DNA of 64,000 nt from Malacoraja senta (Eukaryota), in the NCBI GenBank assembly GCA_038087875.1, contig CM075988.1, positions 11,534,001 to 11,598,000 on the forward strand, written 5' to 3'. Below, piece by piece: positions 1 to 12,022 of the stretch (its first letter is position 1; every line of letters starts with the position of its first letter). The notes beneath the pieces are model-generated. The model did no database searches. It had not been told where the DNA came from and saw only the letters and a program-made list of their open reading frames with translations. A program made the translations under genes and the position numbers.

Positions 1-832
1 GGCTATCAGTAATGGTACATGTCATAAGTTTCAATGTCAAAAAGCAGTGAGACAAGCTCCGTTGCACTGCACCCATTGCCCGGAATCATTGCCTTGAGTC
101 TCGACATTCCAGCAACGTGGACTACTTCACAGGTCTTCCCCATCCTGGAATTAGTCGGCAGGTTGTAGCTGTCTCGAGATCGCAGGCAACAAAGTGCAAA
201 GGCTTACACCCCTCAGGTGCCTCTCTAGAGGGCAAAGCTAGAGATGGAGTTTTGCCTTCCAGTTAAGCTAAAACTAAATTTAATAGTTTTTAAAAGCTTG
301 TCATTCAGAAATATTGAAAGCTTCTACAACTGTGCGTAAAAATAAGAACTATTATTTTATAGAACAGATAATAAAGATATTTAGAAATAAAACAATAGTA
401 ACCTTTTTCAAAATAATGCAAATGCAAAATTAAGCCTCTCAATGAGGACTCCCTTTATCCATTAGTTATCCTTTCCACAATAGACCATGCTTTCCTGTTA
501 GAGTTTGTAACACATGGAGATGATGAATCAAGTGACTTTTCATTTTGCTTAAAATATATTCCGACACAACAACCCTAATGTGAATGTATTTGCAAGCAAT
601 AGTTGCGGCAAGCATATATTTTTCCTTGGGTCACTCAGCAAAGACAGCAGCCATTTTGTAGCTTTCCCAGGAATGTTATTGTTTGCGCAAACAATGTTTT
701 TCTTTCTTGCATGTTTGGTTTGCAAGAGAACGATTCAGGGCTAGGAAGCCAGGATTAAGCAAGAGCAAATAATTCAAGCTGTGATGGATTGCTACGTACA
801 TCTCTGTTCAAATCCCACTGTAATCATATCAA

Positions 833-1013
833 GGGCGGCACGGTGGCGCGGCGGAGGAGTTGCTGCCTTACAGCGCTTACGTCGCCAGAGACCCGGGTTC
901 GATCCTGGCTACGGGGGCTTGTCTGTATGGAGTTTTATGTTCTCTCCGTGGACTTTCTCCGAGAACCTTGGTTTACGCTCACACTCCAAAGACGTACAGG
1001 TTTGTAGGTTAAT
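833..1013 (+). mobile_element. tRNA-derived V-SINE (HE1-like), 3'-truncated
   Basis: Pol III A box TGGCGCGGCGG (~844) and B box GGTTCGATCC (~896), then V-domain-like GTCTGTATGGAGTTT...ACTCCAAAGACGTACAGGTTTGTAGGTTAAT; many paralogues in the window. Confidence 0.85.
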
Positions 1014-1080
1014 ATTTATGCTTGACCCTCCTGCTTAGAAATGGGACACATTATGTGGACCGATCGTGTAGAACAGCTTT

Positions 1081-1380
1081 GGGCAGCACAATGTCACAAC
1101 TGGTAGAGCCCCTGCCTCACAGCCCAGATTCGATCCTGTTCTTGGGCTTGCATGTGTGGAGTTTGCACATTTACCCTGTGACTGTGTCAATTTGTTTGAG
1201 TCCTCTGTTCTCTTCTCACCCACCAAAGACGTGAGGGTTTGTAGGTTAATTGGCCTTTGTAAATTGGGCCTAGTGTGTAGGGAGCGGATGAGGAAAGGGG
1301 AGCAACCTAGAACTACTGTGAACGGGTGATCGATTGTTGGCGTGGACTCGGCAGGCCGAAGGTTCAGTTTCCAAGCTGTT
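1081..1380 (+). mobile_element. V-SINE, degenerate
   Basis: tRNA-like head, TGTGTGGAGTTTGCAC V domain, CR1-like tail GGACTCGGCAGGCCGAAGG. Confidence 0.8.
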
Positions 1381-2204
1381 TTGCACGTATTTTAATGTGC
1401 CTGCCGACATTTCCCATTGAATTCTGACAATTGAGAAATTAATGGGCTCTCTGGGCATGATTCTTCACAGCATTGTTGCAGTTTTTAGCACCATCATGAG
1501 CGTAGTGACATCCGGAGGAGCTGCTTAACATCATCTTGCAGCCCACGATTCTGAAACTGTCAGTCCAGATTTATACTCAAAGCCCCGCTGAAGGGCTTGA
1601 GCCCAAAATCTTTGACTCAGAGAAAGAGCACAACCACCAAGCAACGGCTGACACAATAAATTACCAGACATACTCTGAGAAACCATTAAATGTCTAATAT
1701 GAAAAGCATGAAGAGTTACAGCAGTTAAGGGCATGCTCCAGAGGTTGGAACTATGGTACATTGGTCAGGTAAATAAGAAACAGTCTTAGGCCTGGGCTGC
1801 AGTGGATCTTGGAGTGTTATATTTTGAAACCAGATAAAAGACTGTTCTTCATTCACATCCATCATCTTCTGCGAACGGAAGTCGATTCACCAAAATGCCC
1901 TTTGTGCATTTGCACCATTGGAATGCTGAACAGATGTGATTTATTGATTCAACCAGATAAAGATATCGATGTTAAGTTATCAGCTTCTAAAAATCCTGAA
2001 GCAGCCCTTTAAACTTATTTATGTCAATGTTTCCCCAAAGGTTAAATAGTCATTGAACACAGATATTTGAGCTCCATTATGCTTATGCAAAAGCATTTAA
2101 TTTTAATGTGTTTCTTTATGCATTTATGCAAGGGCAGACATAGTTTTTTTTATTTTTTAGATATTGAAATATTTGTGTAATTTGATATACTTTTTAATTA
2201 GGAT

Positions 2205-2620
2205 GTTTAGTTTAATTTAGAGATGCAGCATGGAAACAGGCCCTTCAGCCCACCCAAGGCACACACTGTCTTTCTATCTTCAGCCTATCATCTATCTATC
2301 ATCTTCACTGTCTATCTTCAGCCCACCAAGTCTATGCCGACCATCAATCACCCATACACTTCCACATACGAGTGGCAATTTATATTAGCTAATTAACCTA
2401 CGCTGTGTACAAAGGAATTATAGATGCTGGTTTAAATCAAAGATAGACACAATAAGCTGGAGTAACTCAAAGCATCAGGCAGCATCTCTGGAGAAAAGGA
2501 ATAGGTGATGTTTTGGGTCAAGACCCTTCTTCAGACTGGAATGTAGGAGGAAACTGGAGCACCCGGAGAAAACTCACATGGTTACATGGAATACATATAA
2601 ACCCTGCACAGGCAGGACCT
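2205..2620 (-). mobile_element. V-SINE interrupted by a Penelope terminal-repeat fragment (2405-2538)
   Basis: Reverse tail TTTAGTTTAATTTAGAGAT...GGAAACAGGCCCTTCAGCCC; SINE resumes at ~2539 (ATGTAGGAGGAAACTGGAGCACCCGGAG). Confidence 0.75.
2405..2538 (-). mobile_element. Penelope-like pseudo-LTR fragment with decayed hammerhead motif
   Basis: Reverse complement reads AGT-CTGAAGA-A-GGGTC-TT-GACCC-AAAAC-ATC-ACC followed by the family 3' segment. Confidence 0.75.
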
Positions 2621-2774
2621 GTAAAATAAACATATTTCAGAATTTCAGTCTTGTATCGATTGCAGTGGAGCAGAATCAAATTTCAGAAGTTTAGCTAGCA
2701 GTGTCATTTCCTGAAACCTCAGTAGATCTAGCTATGGATATGGGGAGAAAGCAGGAACGGGGTACTAATTTTGG

Positions 2775-2837
2775 ATAATAATAATAATAATTCATTTTAT
2801 TTACTGGCGCCTTTCTAAAACCCAAGGACACCTTACA
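2775..2837 (-). mobile_element. L2-clade LINE/SINE 3' tail
   Basis: Reverse complement TGTAAGGTGTCCTTGGGTTTTAGAAAGGCGCC...AAATAAAATGAA(TTA)n; same type as 24327-24390. Confidence 0.55.
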
Positions 2838-3734
2838 AGGCATAGAATCACAACAATACAAACCGCCTTTTGTCTGCGGAGGGTGGAAATTATTTGGAGA
2901 GAGTTTCCAGAAAAATATGATCAAGCAAGATTGAAATATATTATACAAATACATTAATCAACTTTGACCACAGTCACAAATTCTTTTTGACATATTGTGT
3001 TTCAGTTTGTTGATAGAAAACTGTGCTCAATATTCTTCATGAATAAATTGGTCACCAGCTCATTGAAAATAAAAGATGACCCATATGTTGAGAATCACTA
3101 CAAATTGGACAAGTTACACCATCGTATTAACCTTGCAACAAAGGAAGTATCTTAAATTCAACTTTCTTCTGTAAATTTGTCTATATCTTCATATTAAATT
3201 TGGTGTCGAAAGTTAGCATTTTTCAGCAGTACAATTATCATTAAAAGAGCAAACAGTTGTCAGTTCAACATCAATATGCCTTCATTGATGAAATTGTTAT
3301 AGTGATTTTTTAAATTAAGTTTGAAATGTTTATGTTTTTTGTTGTTGCTTTTGTTTTCTCTCCCAGGATTCTTTCTTTAGTTATTCAATCTGTTTTGTTT
3401 CACTTTCTGTCTTTCCTTCATCTTTTCTGCATTATTTTTCAACGATAACAAAGGGAGATGACTGCCCGGGTCCCTGATCATTGTCACCATCATTATCTTA
3501 CTGTCACCATTATTAAATTGCTATTATGATTATGATTATAGATTTCCACAGGGCTGAGGATGATTTGCTTTCACTTCGGTTCTGAAAAGTTGAATATCGC
3601 TATGCATGAATTCTTCTAACCTGGGTGGTTATTGTACATCAACTACAACACGGTCTTCACAGATCAAGTCCACATGACAAGAAGGTCCGAGATGATTGGA
3701 AAATCATTCACTTGTACAAAATTGATTCACTCAC

Positions 3735-3875
3735 CGTCAAACAGCGTGGAAACAGATCCTTCAGTCCAACTTGCCCATGACGACCAACATGCCTTATCCA
3801 CAGATTGGCCCATATCCCTTCAAACATACCCTATCCATGCACCTGTCCAAATGTTTCTTAAATGTTGTGATTGTA
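3735..3875 (-). mobile_element. CR1 LINE 3' end fragment
   Basis: GGAAACAGATCCTTCAGTCCAAC...CCCATATCCCTTCAAAC...TCCATGCACCTGTCCAAATG matches other CR1 tails in the window. Confidence 0.6.
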
Positions 3876-4339
3876 GCTGCATGGACATAAAAGATGCTGT
3901 CATGTCCTTGCCATGTACTTGGCAGCTCACACTTTAAACAAGTTATGCTGCATTAAACGAGCTTGTGTGGGAATACTAATAATTAACTGGCTATAATATG
4001 CCTCGCCCCTGAAACATTTTGAACAACGCTTCAATCCAGCTGAGCACATTTTGTGCATCCTCAAGTCGATGCAATTGAATCCCAAAAATCAAGGTGTTAT
4101 TTTTGTCATGCTGAATCCCTTGTTTTGAATTATGACCTCAAAAAAAGAGCTGGTATGCAATTCTGAAATAACTTGCATGATGGTTTAAGGTGCATTACAC
4201 TGTATCAGCAAATTGGAAAATCTTCTCGACTTGCAGATTTCACCAGAGAAACTATTTATAGATTGTACAGATGCCTTTATTTTTTTATGTTGCTTATATT
4301 ATGTTGCTTGCCATGGGCCAAATCAAGTCTGCAGCCTTT

Positions 4340-4720
4340 CCTCCCCCCCATCTGCCGTTACTAAAATTGCATTCTTGACATTCATAATCTCGCCCACTAT
4401 TATCCTTCTGCTGTGTCTCCTTCTGCCAAAGATTCATTCTTCGTCCTCACCTTCAGGCGTGACCATTTATTCCCCTCTGAACTCACCGTCACCCACAGCT
4501 CCTCCCTCTGTGGTGCACAGGTTTGAGCTCACAGACCATTTTCTCACTTATATCCTTTCACATTTCCATCGCCACAATATCCCAGAGTTAATTAGCTCTT
4601 CATCACCCGGCTGGCTAATTCCTCCTGTTCCCATTGCTTCACTCTCAACCTACACATACCCTCGTCCTGATCTATTCAAACATCTCCAGACCACCACCAC
4701 TTGTTCTTCCTCAGATTAAA
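4340..4720 (+). mobile_element. Highly degenerate L2-like LINE fragment (tentative)
   Basis: Pyrimidine-rich plus strand with TKIAFL-like residues reminiscent of the L2 ORF2 C-terminus; no clean motif. Confidence 0.3.
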
Positions 4721-4809
4721 CCTGACATTTTATTCAATCACTAATCTCAAGAATACAGCAGGTGCAGATCGGCTACAGAAATTGTCAGAGAAATGACCGA
4801 ATAATCAGA

Positions 4810-5750
4810 GTGAGTGTTGGGTGTTGCACTTTGGAAAGTCGAATGTAAAGGAAAGTATATAGTGAATGGCAAGACCCTTAACAGCTTCAATGTACAAATG
4901 GATCTTGGGGTCCAAGTCAGCAGCTCCTTGATAGTGGTAACTCAAGTAGATAGAGTGGTAAAGAAGCTGAATGCTATGCTTGCTTTCATCTATTAGGGCA
5001 TTGTGTGTAAGAGTCAGGGAGCAACATTGCAGCTTTAAATGTCTTTGGTTAGGCCACATTTGGAGTATTGTATACAGTTGCCATCACCCCATTACAGGAA
5101 GGATGTGGAGGCTGTGAAGAGTTTGCAGAAGAAGTTTACCACAATGCTGCTTGAAGGTATTAACTATAAGGATAGGTTGGACAAATTTGGATCGTTTTCT
5201 CTGGAATGCGGGAGATTGAGGGGAGACCATGCAAAATTCTGAAATGCATAGATAAGGTAGACAGTCACAACCGTTTTTCCCAGAAGGCATTGTCAAAGAC
5301 TAGAGGACATATCTATAAGGTGAGATGGGAAATGTTTAAAGGAAATGTGTGGGACAAGTTTTTTATACAGAAGTTATGGGAGTCTGGAATGCACTGCCAG
5401 TGTGGTGGTGGAGCCAAGATCAAGATCAAGATCAAGAGAGTTTATTGTCATGTGTCCCAGATAGGACAATTAAATTCTTGCTTTGCTTCAGCACAACAGA
5501 ATATTGTTGGCGTAAATAAATACAGAACAGATCAGTGTGTCCATATACCATTGTATATATATATATATACACACATAAAGCCAGATGCGACAGTGGCATT
5601 TAAAATACTTTTGTATAGGCATATGGATATGCAAGGAATGGAGGGATATCGATCACATGCAGACAGAGATTATTTTAACATGACATCATATTTGATAGAA
5701 AGATTGTGGGCCAAAGATCGTGTTCCTGTGCTGTACTGCTCAATGTTGAT
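4810..5750 (+). mobile_element. CR1 LINE ORF2 3' region, frameshifted, with an inserted reverse LINE tail at ~5415-5580
   Basis: Pieces DLGVQVSSSL..QVDRVVKK, SLVRPHLEYCIQL.SPHYRKDV, LFSLE..RLRGD, KTRGH; stops and frameshifts. Confidence 0.9.
5415..5580 (-). mobile_element. Rex1/Babar-like LINE 3' tail nested in CR1
   Basis: (CAAGAT)3 repeat followed by TTTATTGTCATGTG (reverse-strand AATAAA); CR1 sequence resumes at ~5581. Confidence 0.5.
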
Positions 5751-5754
5751 GTAA

Positions 5755-6085
5755 TGTTGAATTTTCATGAGGGTAATAGATAGAGTAGATAGCTGTGAAC
5801 ATTTACTCATAGCACAGATGTTGGTAACTAGAAGGTATGGAGGAAGAGGTTAAAGAGGAATATGACAATTAATTTATTTTCACCCAGATGGTGGTCAGTG
5901 TTACAAATGCAATGCCTCAGAAGGCAGTGGAGTCAGAGACACTCAAAACATTTAACAAATATCTAGATGGGGACCTGAATTGCCAAAGCATAGAAGGTCA
6001 CAGGAAAATGGGAATAGTGTGGATGAATACTTGATGGTCATCATGGACAAGGTGGGTCAAAGACTCCCTTTCCATGCTTAAAGCT
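5755..6085 (+). mobile_element. Old CR1 3' fragment
   Basis: GATAGAGTAGATAG...AACTAGAAGG...TTTTCACCCAGATGGTGG...AAGGCAGTGGAG...ACATTTAA pattern shared with the other CR1 copies. Confidence 0.65.
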
Positions 6086-6216
6086 CTGTGAGTCATCTCT
6101 TGCACTTGCAGTTCCATTCACTCTATTTGTCATCTCATTCCCTTCATTTAAAATGTACTCATGTTCTTTGTCCATTTCTTGTCAAAGCTTAATTTCTCAT
6201 GCTTGGCAAACAACTG

Positions 6217-7451
6217 TTTTTTAGAGATATAGCGCGGAAACAGGCCCTTCGTCCCACCGGTTCCGCACCAACCAGCGATCCGTCCCCCCACACTAACCTA
6301 CACTCACTAGGGACAATTTATATTTCATACCATACCAATTAACCTACAAACCTGTCTGTCTTTGGAGTGTGGGAGGAAATCGAAGATCTCGAACAAAACC
6401 CACGCAGGTCACGGGGAGAATGTACAAACTCCGTACGGAATTAGGAGCAACACTAGCAAGTTTGTGGATGACACAAAGCTGGGTGGCAGTGTGAACTGTG
6501 AAGAGGATGTTAGGAGGTTGCAGGGTGACCTGGACAGGTTGAGTGAGTGGGCAGATGCGTGGCAGATGCAGTATAATATAGATAAATGTGAGGTTATCCA
6601 CTTTGGCGGCAAAAACAAGGGGGCAGATTATTATCTCAACGGGGTTAGGTTAGCTAAGGGGGAGGTACAGCGAGACCTGGATGTCCTTGTACACCGGTCA
6701 CTGAAAGTTGGCGTGCAGGTACAGCAGGCAGTGAAGAAAGCTAATGGAATGTTGGCCTTCATAACAAGAGGATTTCAGTATAGGAGTAGAGAGGTTCTTC
6801 TGCAGTTGTATAGGGCTCTGGTGAGACCACATCTGGAGTATTGTGTACGGTTTTTGTCTCCTAATTTGAGGATGGACATCCTTGTGATTGAGGCAGTGCA
6901 GCGTAGGTTCACGAGATTGATCCCTGGGATGGCGGGACTGTCATATGAGGAAAGATTGAAAAGACTAGGCTTGTATTCACTGGAGTTTAGAAGGATGAGG
7001 GGGTATCTTATAGAAACATATAAAATTATAAAAGGACTGGACAAGCTAGATGCAGGAAAAATGTTCCTAATGTTGGGCGAGTCCAGAACCAGGGGCCACA
7101 GTCTGAGAATAAAGGGGAGGTCATTTAAGACTGAGGTGAGAAACAACTTTTTCTTCCAGAGAGTTGTGAATTTATGGAATTCCCTGCCACAGAGGGCAGT
7201 GGAGGCCAAATCACTGGATGGATTTAAGAGAGAGTTAGATAGAGCTCTAGGGGCTAGTGAAGTCAAAGGATATGGGGAGAAGGCAGGCACGGGTTATTGA
7301 TAGGGGGCGCTGGCTCGAAGGGCCGAATGGCCTCCTGCATCTATTTTCTATGTTTCTATGTTTCTATGTTTCTAAAGCACCCGTAGTCAGGATCGAACCC
7401 TGGTCTCTGGCGCTGTAAAGCAGTAGCTCCAGTGTTGCACCACCGTGCCGC
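6217..7451 (-). mobile_element. V-SINE split in two (6217-6436 and 7376-7451) by a CR1 insertion
   Basis: SINE reads ...AACTCCGTAC | AGCACCCGTAGTCAGGATCGAACC...CACCGTGCCGC, collinear with the uninterrupted copy at 36075-36375. Confidence 0.85.
6437..7374 (+). mobile_element. 5'-truncated CR1 LINE (HER1-like) with open ORF2 C-terminus and (TATGTTTC)n tail
   Basis: Open frame to 7300: SKFVDDTKLGG (RT FADD motif), LQGDLDRLSEWA, KCEVIHFG, LVRPHLEYC, LEFRRMRG, RTRGH, FFQRVVNLWNSLP; octamer tail at 7346-7374. Confidence 0.95.
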
Positions 7452-8208
7452 TCTAATTCTGCTCAAAGAAATCTGTGATGTGTAAAGTCCAATCAGTATG
7501 TTTCTATTCCTTGTGCCGGCAGTTGCTGTTATCCCAACGCTCATCCCATCATCCCCCATTTCTCTCATCTTTCTCTCTTGCATTTAAAAAAATAGATTTT
7601 AATCTTTAAAATTGGCATTATCTTTGCTTTCGTTCCGCTGCCAGTGAAGTATATCTCAGCTCTCTAATTCCCAATATAAATATTTTTTTTCTGCTCTCTA
7701 TTCTGCCCTTCTTGTTTGATATTATAATCCTCTGTTCTAGATTGCTCAATCTCTGAAACCACAATTTCCACTAACCTTGTCCCAACACTGAATGATTTTT
7801 ACTGCATCACTCCCTTATCACCAGCTTTCATACAAACAGTCCTACTTTTAAGTCTTTAGTCATTTGTTGCCGTATTTTAGAAGGATGCCCTGTTGAACTT
7901 TTGCAGAATCTTTTTCATTGTCTCAATTTTCTTTCAAATTGATGGTGCCGAAAGATGTTCAATGTACCGTGTAATTATTAGGATTTTATACCCCTTTGCC
8001 TTGGTTTCTCTATTCCGTGCCTTTAACTATCAGTGAGCACAAGGTGAATGGTCCCTTTCCATACCTGACCTCTAAACCAGCCTGCCCCAAACCTAACTTT
8101 CAGCCATATAACATGGAGTGCAATAGATTTGTGGGGAAATGGGATGTGTTGGTGGAAATTGAAAAGGTGAAAATTAAAAACGTAATTTGCTGATGTTTGA
8201 CCGTATTA

Positions 8209-8666
8209 AGGGCCTGTCCCACTTAGGCGATTTTTGACGCGACTGCTGGCGACTAGGCTGTCGCCACACGGTCGTCGGGGTGTCGCCTGTATGGTCGTGA
8301 GGCGTCTCCTCAGTCACCCAAAGAGTCGTAGCCCTTTTCTGGTCGCCACTAGATTTTGAAATGTTCAAACCTTTTCGGCGACAGTCGGCGACCGTGGGCT
8401 TGTCGTAGCTTGTCTTCTCCTGACGTAGGTTCTGTCATAGGTTGTCGTAGGTTGTCACCAGGATAGCGTAGCTTGTCGCCAGGATGGCGTAGGTTGCCGC
8501 CAGGTGACGTAAGTTGTCGCCGGTGCCGACTTCGGTGAATTGCATTATCGCAGTCGCCTAAAAAATCACCTAAGTGGGACAGGCCCATTTGTCCAGTCGC
8601 CGTTTTTTCGGCGACCTGCTACGACAATGACAGTCGACTAAAAAATTGCCTCGTGGGACAGGCCCT
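8209..8666. mobile_element. PIF/Harbinger-type MITE with a duplicated right terminus
   Basis: Left TIR AGGGCCTGTCCCACTTAGGCGATTTTT after TTA; inverse copies end at ~8586 and ~8666; internal ~21-bp CGTAG(G/C)TTGTCGCCAGG subrepeats; CpG-rich. Confidence 0.8.
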
Positions 8667-8754
8667 TGATTCTGTAATTTTGTAAACTGTATATATGTGC
8701 AATAATTTACCTCAGTTAAAATCACCTGAAGCTTTCATTTTATACAATGACAAT

Positions 8755-9317
8755 TGGGCCATATATGGGGGAGAGGGGGGTATCAGAGGGGAGGGTGCAG
8801 GAGCCTCAGGGACCAGAGGGGAAGGGGCTGGAGCTGTGGGGCGTTGCGATGGCGGTGCATTTGGGACTCACAGTGGCTATCCTCCGATACACCGATACGA
8901 TCAGATACACCGCTTTCCGTTTGGCGACATCGCCTCGCTGCGCCGGGCCGCTTCCGGTGCCTCCGAAAATTGTGTCCGGTTGGAGACGTCCACCAGCCTC
9001 CCTCAGCTCCAGTAAAGATGTGATGGTGAAGGAAGGGGCGGACCGTCCCGTGGAGTGACAGGAGAAGAGACTAATCTGTGCGGTGATGACTGGCAGAAGA
9101 TGAGATCGATCTGCGCACGTGCGGTTTTTTACGATTTTTAAACCTCGCTAACTTTTACATTATACCACCGATTGGAACAAAACTTGGTGTACTCGCAGCA
9201 CAGGAGAACGGGGAGTGAAGTGGCAAAATCATAGCGCTATCACGTACCGTTTTTGCACAAATAGAAAAAAGGCGCAAACCGGAAGAGCACAAGATCAGAG
9301 CTTTAGTTATGTATAGA
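8755..9317 (-). mobile_element. Probable non-autonomous Helitron-like fragment (5' end retained)
   Basis: Minus strand begins A|TCTATACATAACTAAAG at 9317, matching the Helitron 5'-TC rule after a host A; GC/CpG-rich interior; no 3' CTRR end seen. Confidence 0.5.
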
Positions 9318-11472
9318 TAACAATAATTTTCAGAACGAAGCAATGTCCTACTTCCTCTGTTGCAATATTCAGAAATTGAAAGGATCTGATCTCAGTATCT
9401 ACAATGGTGTAATTAACCTTCTAATGGTGTGCGGAAAAGAAGAGTATTAAGAATGTAGGTATAATTACCAATCTGCCTCATTTCTTGCAGAGAACACAAA
9501 GATTTTGCATTAAAATATAACAATTACATCTAAATTATACTCGTCTTTACATAGCCCAGGGAAAGAATGTTTAATTCAGGAAGTCTTGCACATGTGTGCT
9601 AAAAAAAAATCTGCATAATTGAAATGGAGTCACAGAAGACCTGCCAATTTCAATCTAGATTTCATTTATATTTTTTAAAAAACACCTGGGATGTTTTCTA
9701 TCGTGTTTAACAAACACGAGGCTATTCATTGTGGAATGCAATGACTGCAGATCTTGTTCTTGAATAATCTGAAGTTCAGTGAGACAGAAATACCGAAATA
9801 TTCAATTTAATTTGCAAGCAGTAATTTTGAGGGGTTATTTACTCATGTCGCTACCATAGTGAATACGTTGATGTCCTGAAATAAATGTAACCGCCTCACT
9901 TGAAGTTGTACTGAACCTCTCTCATTACTGGTCAAGTGGTGGAGATGGTAATGCATTGAAAACCTCCAATGAGTGCAGCAGCATGTGCCAATATTTTGAA
10001 TTAACTTTTAAACATTTGGGTATGAATCTTTTCAATATGTCTTGGGAACGTTCAGTTTGCAGATGTTAACAGGTTGGAAAATTATTTTATGGCCCCTTTA
10101 CATTTTATGAAAGACCCTACAAATGTTGCATGATAGTGTTTTTGCCCTCACTCAATGTAAGCACAGGGCAAAGGGCAAAGGGCACAGCGCAAGTTAACTA
10201 GTTTAATGTTCTATCTCCAAGGGGGACTGGTAACTTACGTAGGGCCAAAGACCTTCGACTTTTTGACCCTGAATCTCTCCAAGTACAGAATTAGATTGAC
10301 AGATGTCAGAGTTCCAATGAACAATACAAGACCAACAAAATGTTTTCTGATGTTGGGACTAATGGGTGCCGTTTTTCAGTAGCAGACACAAGTTTCTGAA
10401 GTCAGGAGTCGTTGTAATAACCATTTTCTAAGACATTACCCTGTGATGCATACAAGTTGATGGTCTGAACGTGCAAATGCATAAAATGCACATCAGGCAA
10501 AGCACATTTTCCTTATACTCCAGCTAACTGCACTAAGGTGAACGTGTCTCCAGTACTTGAACTCTAGAACTGCACAACTTCAATTAAGTATTCCAAAATG
10601 AGAAAAGCTTTAAATCTTCATAAAAGTATTGGTACAGCACATGATCAGGCAGCTGTACATGATTGGTACAGCACATGATCAGGTGATAATTTTGACCAAT
10701 GGTTTGCAGAAGGTTTAGGGTTGACCCTTCCATGTTATCTTCTGCAGTAAGCCCCACTCTGATTAATTTAGCATTGATTGGCAAAAAGCTATACATATTT
10801 ATTGATTAAAACTGAACAATGTCTCTCGTTGTGTTTCATGCTAGTGAGTGATGTATCTCACCATTGCTCATATTGGGCTTGGGTTTCTTCTGTGCAAGAT
10901 CAGGTCTTTGCAGTAATTTTGTTTGTGGGTCAGAAGATTTCACTTTGAGAAATACCAACCCACCAAAAGAAGGGTCATGCAAACTGAGGTTTGTTCCTCT
11001 GGGAAATCCACGAGCCAGACAATAACACAGAGCACTTATTATGACAATTCCAGTATTGTGAAAATGCAAGTGGATTAAAATTGATTTGTGCACCAGCCTG
11101 CTTGTTACATCAAATGCAATACCATTCAAGATTTGTAAAAAAAACATGTAAAGATGTGTAGACATTGAATGTTTCCTAATGTCAAAATGACCTTTTGATT
11201 TTGATTGAATGCATGTAGTAAATAGGCATCAAGTTTACTTATCAAGTTGCACGTGCTTATGGTGTAGCATTGAGCATGGAATATGATGTAATTATTCATC
11301 CGTGGATGTGGATGTCATCACCAATTTTCTTCATGAAGCACATTGGCAAAGTTCATCCAAAATAGGCTCCCATGATATAATGCACAACAAAATGACTATT
11401 TGGGATTAAATACAAGAACATCATTTTGGAACTGTGGAATATTTGAATTGGAAATAAGAGTTTAACAGATTG

Positions 11473-11550
11473 GATGCTGCACCCGCTGAGTTTCTCCAGC
11501 ATTTTTGTGTACCTTCGATTTTCCAGCATCTGCAGTTCCTTCTTAAACGA
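11473..11550 (+). mobile_element. Short Penelope 3' terminal fragment flanked by a 15-bp direct repeat
   Basis: GATGCTGCACCCGCTGAG...CCAGCATCTGCAGTTCCTTCTTAAAC; TTTAACAGATTGGAT at 11461-11475 and 11551-11565. Confidence 0.75.
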
Positions 11551-11639
11551 TTTAACAGATTGGATTTTTTGAGTGATCGTAACCATCAAGTCATCAGTGT
11601 CCACAATTATTATAGTCAGTAATCAGTCAGCATTCACCC

Positions 11640-12022
11640 TTTGCATGTACTGATGTAACCAATGTTCCATATACTAATGTGATCAACTAGAGTGCGGTCC
11701 TGGCCCCCCATCCATCTCATTGGAGACCTTTAAACTATTTTTAATGGAATGTTTTCAAACTTCAATGTTATATCTTGCACTAAATGTTGTGCCCTTTATC
11801 CTTTATCTGAGCACTGTGGGTGGCTTGAATGTATTCAATTATTTGTCTTGTCTTTGACTGGATAACATGTAAAAAGGGTCTCGACCCGAAACGTCACTAT
11901 TCCTTTTCTCCAGAGATGCTGTCCGATGAGCTGAGTTATTCCAGCTGTTTGTGTCTATCTTTGCTGTAAACAAAAGCCTTTTCACTGCCTCGGTACAAGT
12001 GACAATAATAAGCTAAACTAAA
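11640..12022 (+). mobile_element. Rex1/Babar-like 3' UTR with a nested Penelope fragment (11872-11962)
   Basis: Ends AAAAGCCTTTTCACTGCCTCGGTACAAGTGACAATAATAAGCTAAACTAAAC like 21170-21390 and 59285-59722; nested GGGTCTCGACCCGAAACGTC. Confidence 0.6.

Noticed and set aside
833..905. tRNA-like A and B boxes, here and at other SINE heads
   Set aside because: They continue into the V domain and LINE-like tail, so they are SINE heads rather than tRNA genes.
4213..4719. 168-aa ORF
   Set aside because: Ser/Pro/Leu-rich product of pyrimidine-rich degenerate repeat DNA; no recognisable domain.
5206..5754. 182-aa ORF
   Set aside because: Chance read-through of a decayed CR1 and a nested tail with microsatellites.
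6775..7290. 171-aa minus-strand ORF
   Set aside because: Antisense shadow of CR1 ORF2.
8395..8530. Regularly spaced short repeats resembling a CRISPR array
   Set aside because: No unique spacers, degenerate units, located inside MITE TIRs in eukaryotic DNA.
8695..9058. Three overlapping ORFs of about 100 aa
   Set aside because: Expected in stop-poor GC-rich sequence; no homology recognised.
10628..10683. 22-bp direct repeat ATTGGTACAGCACATGATCAGG
   Set aside because: Simple local slippage duplication with no further structure.
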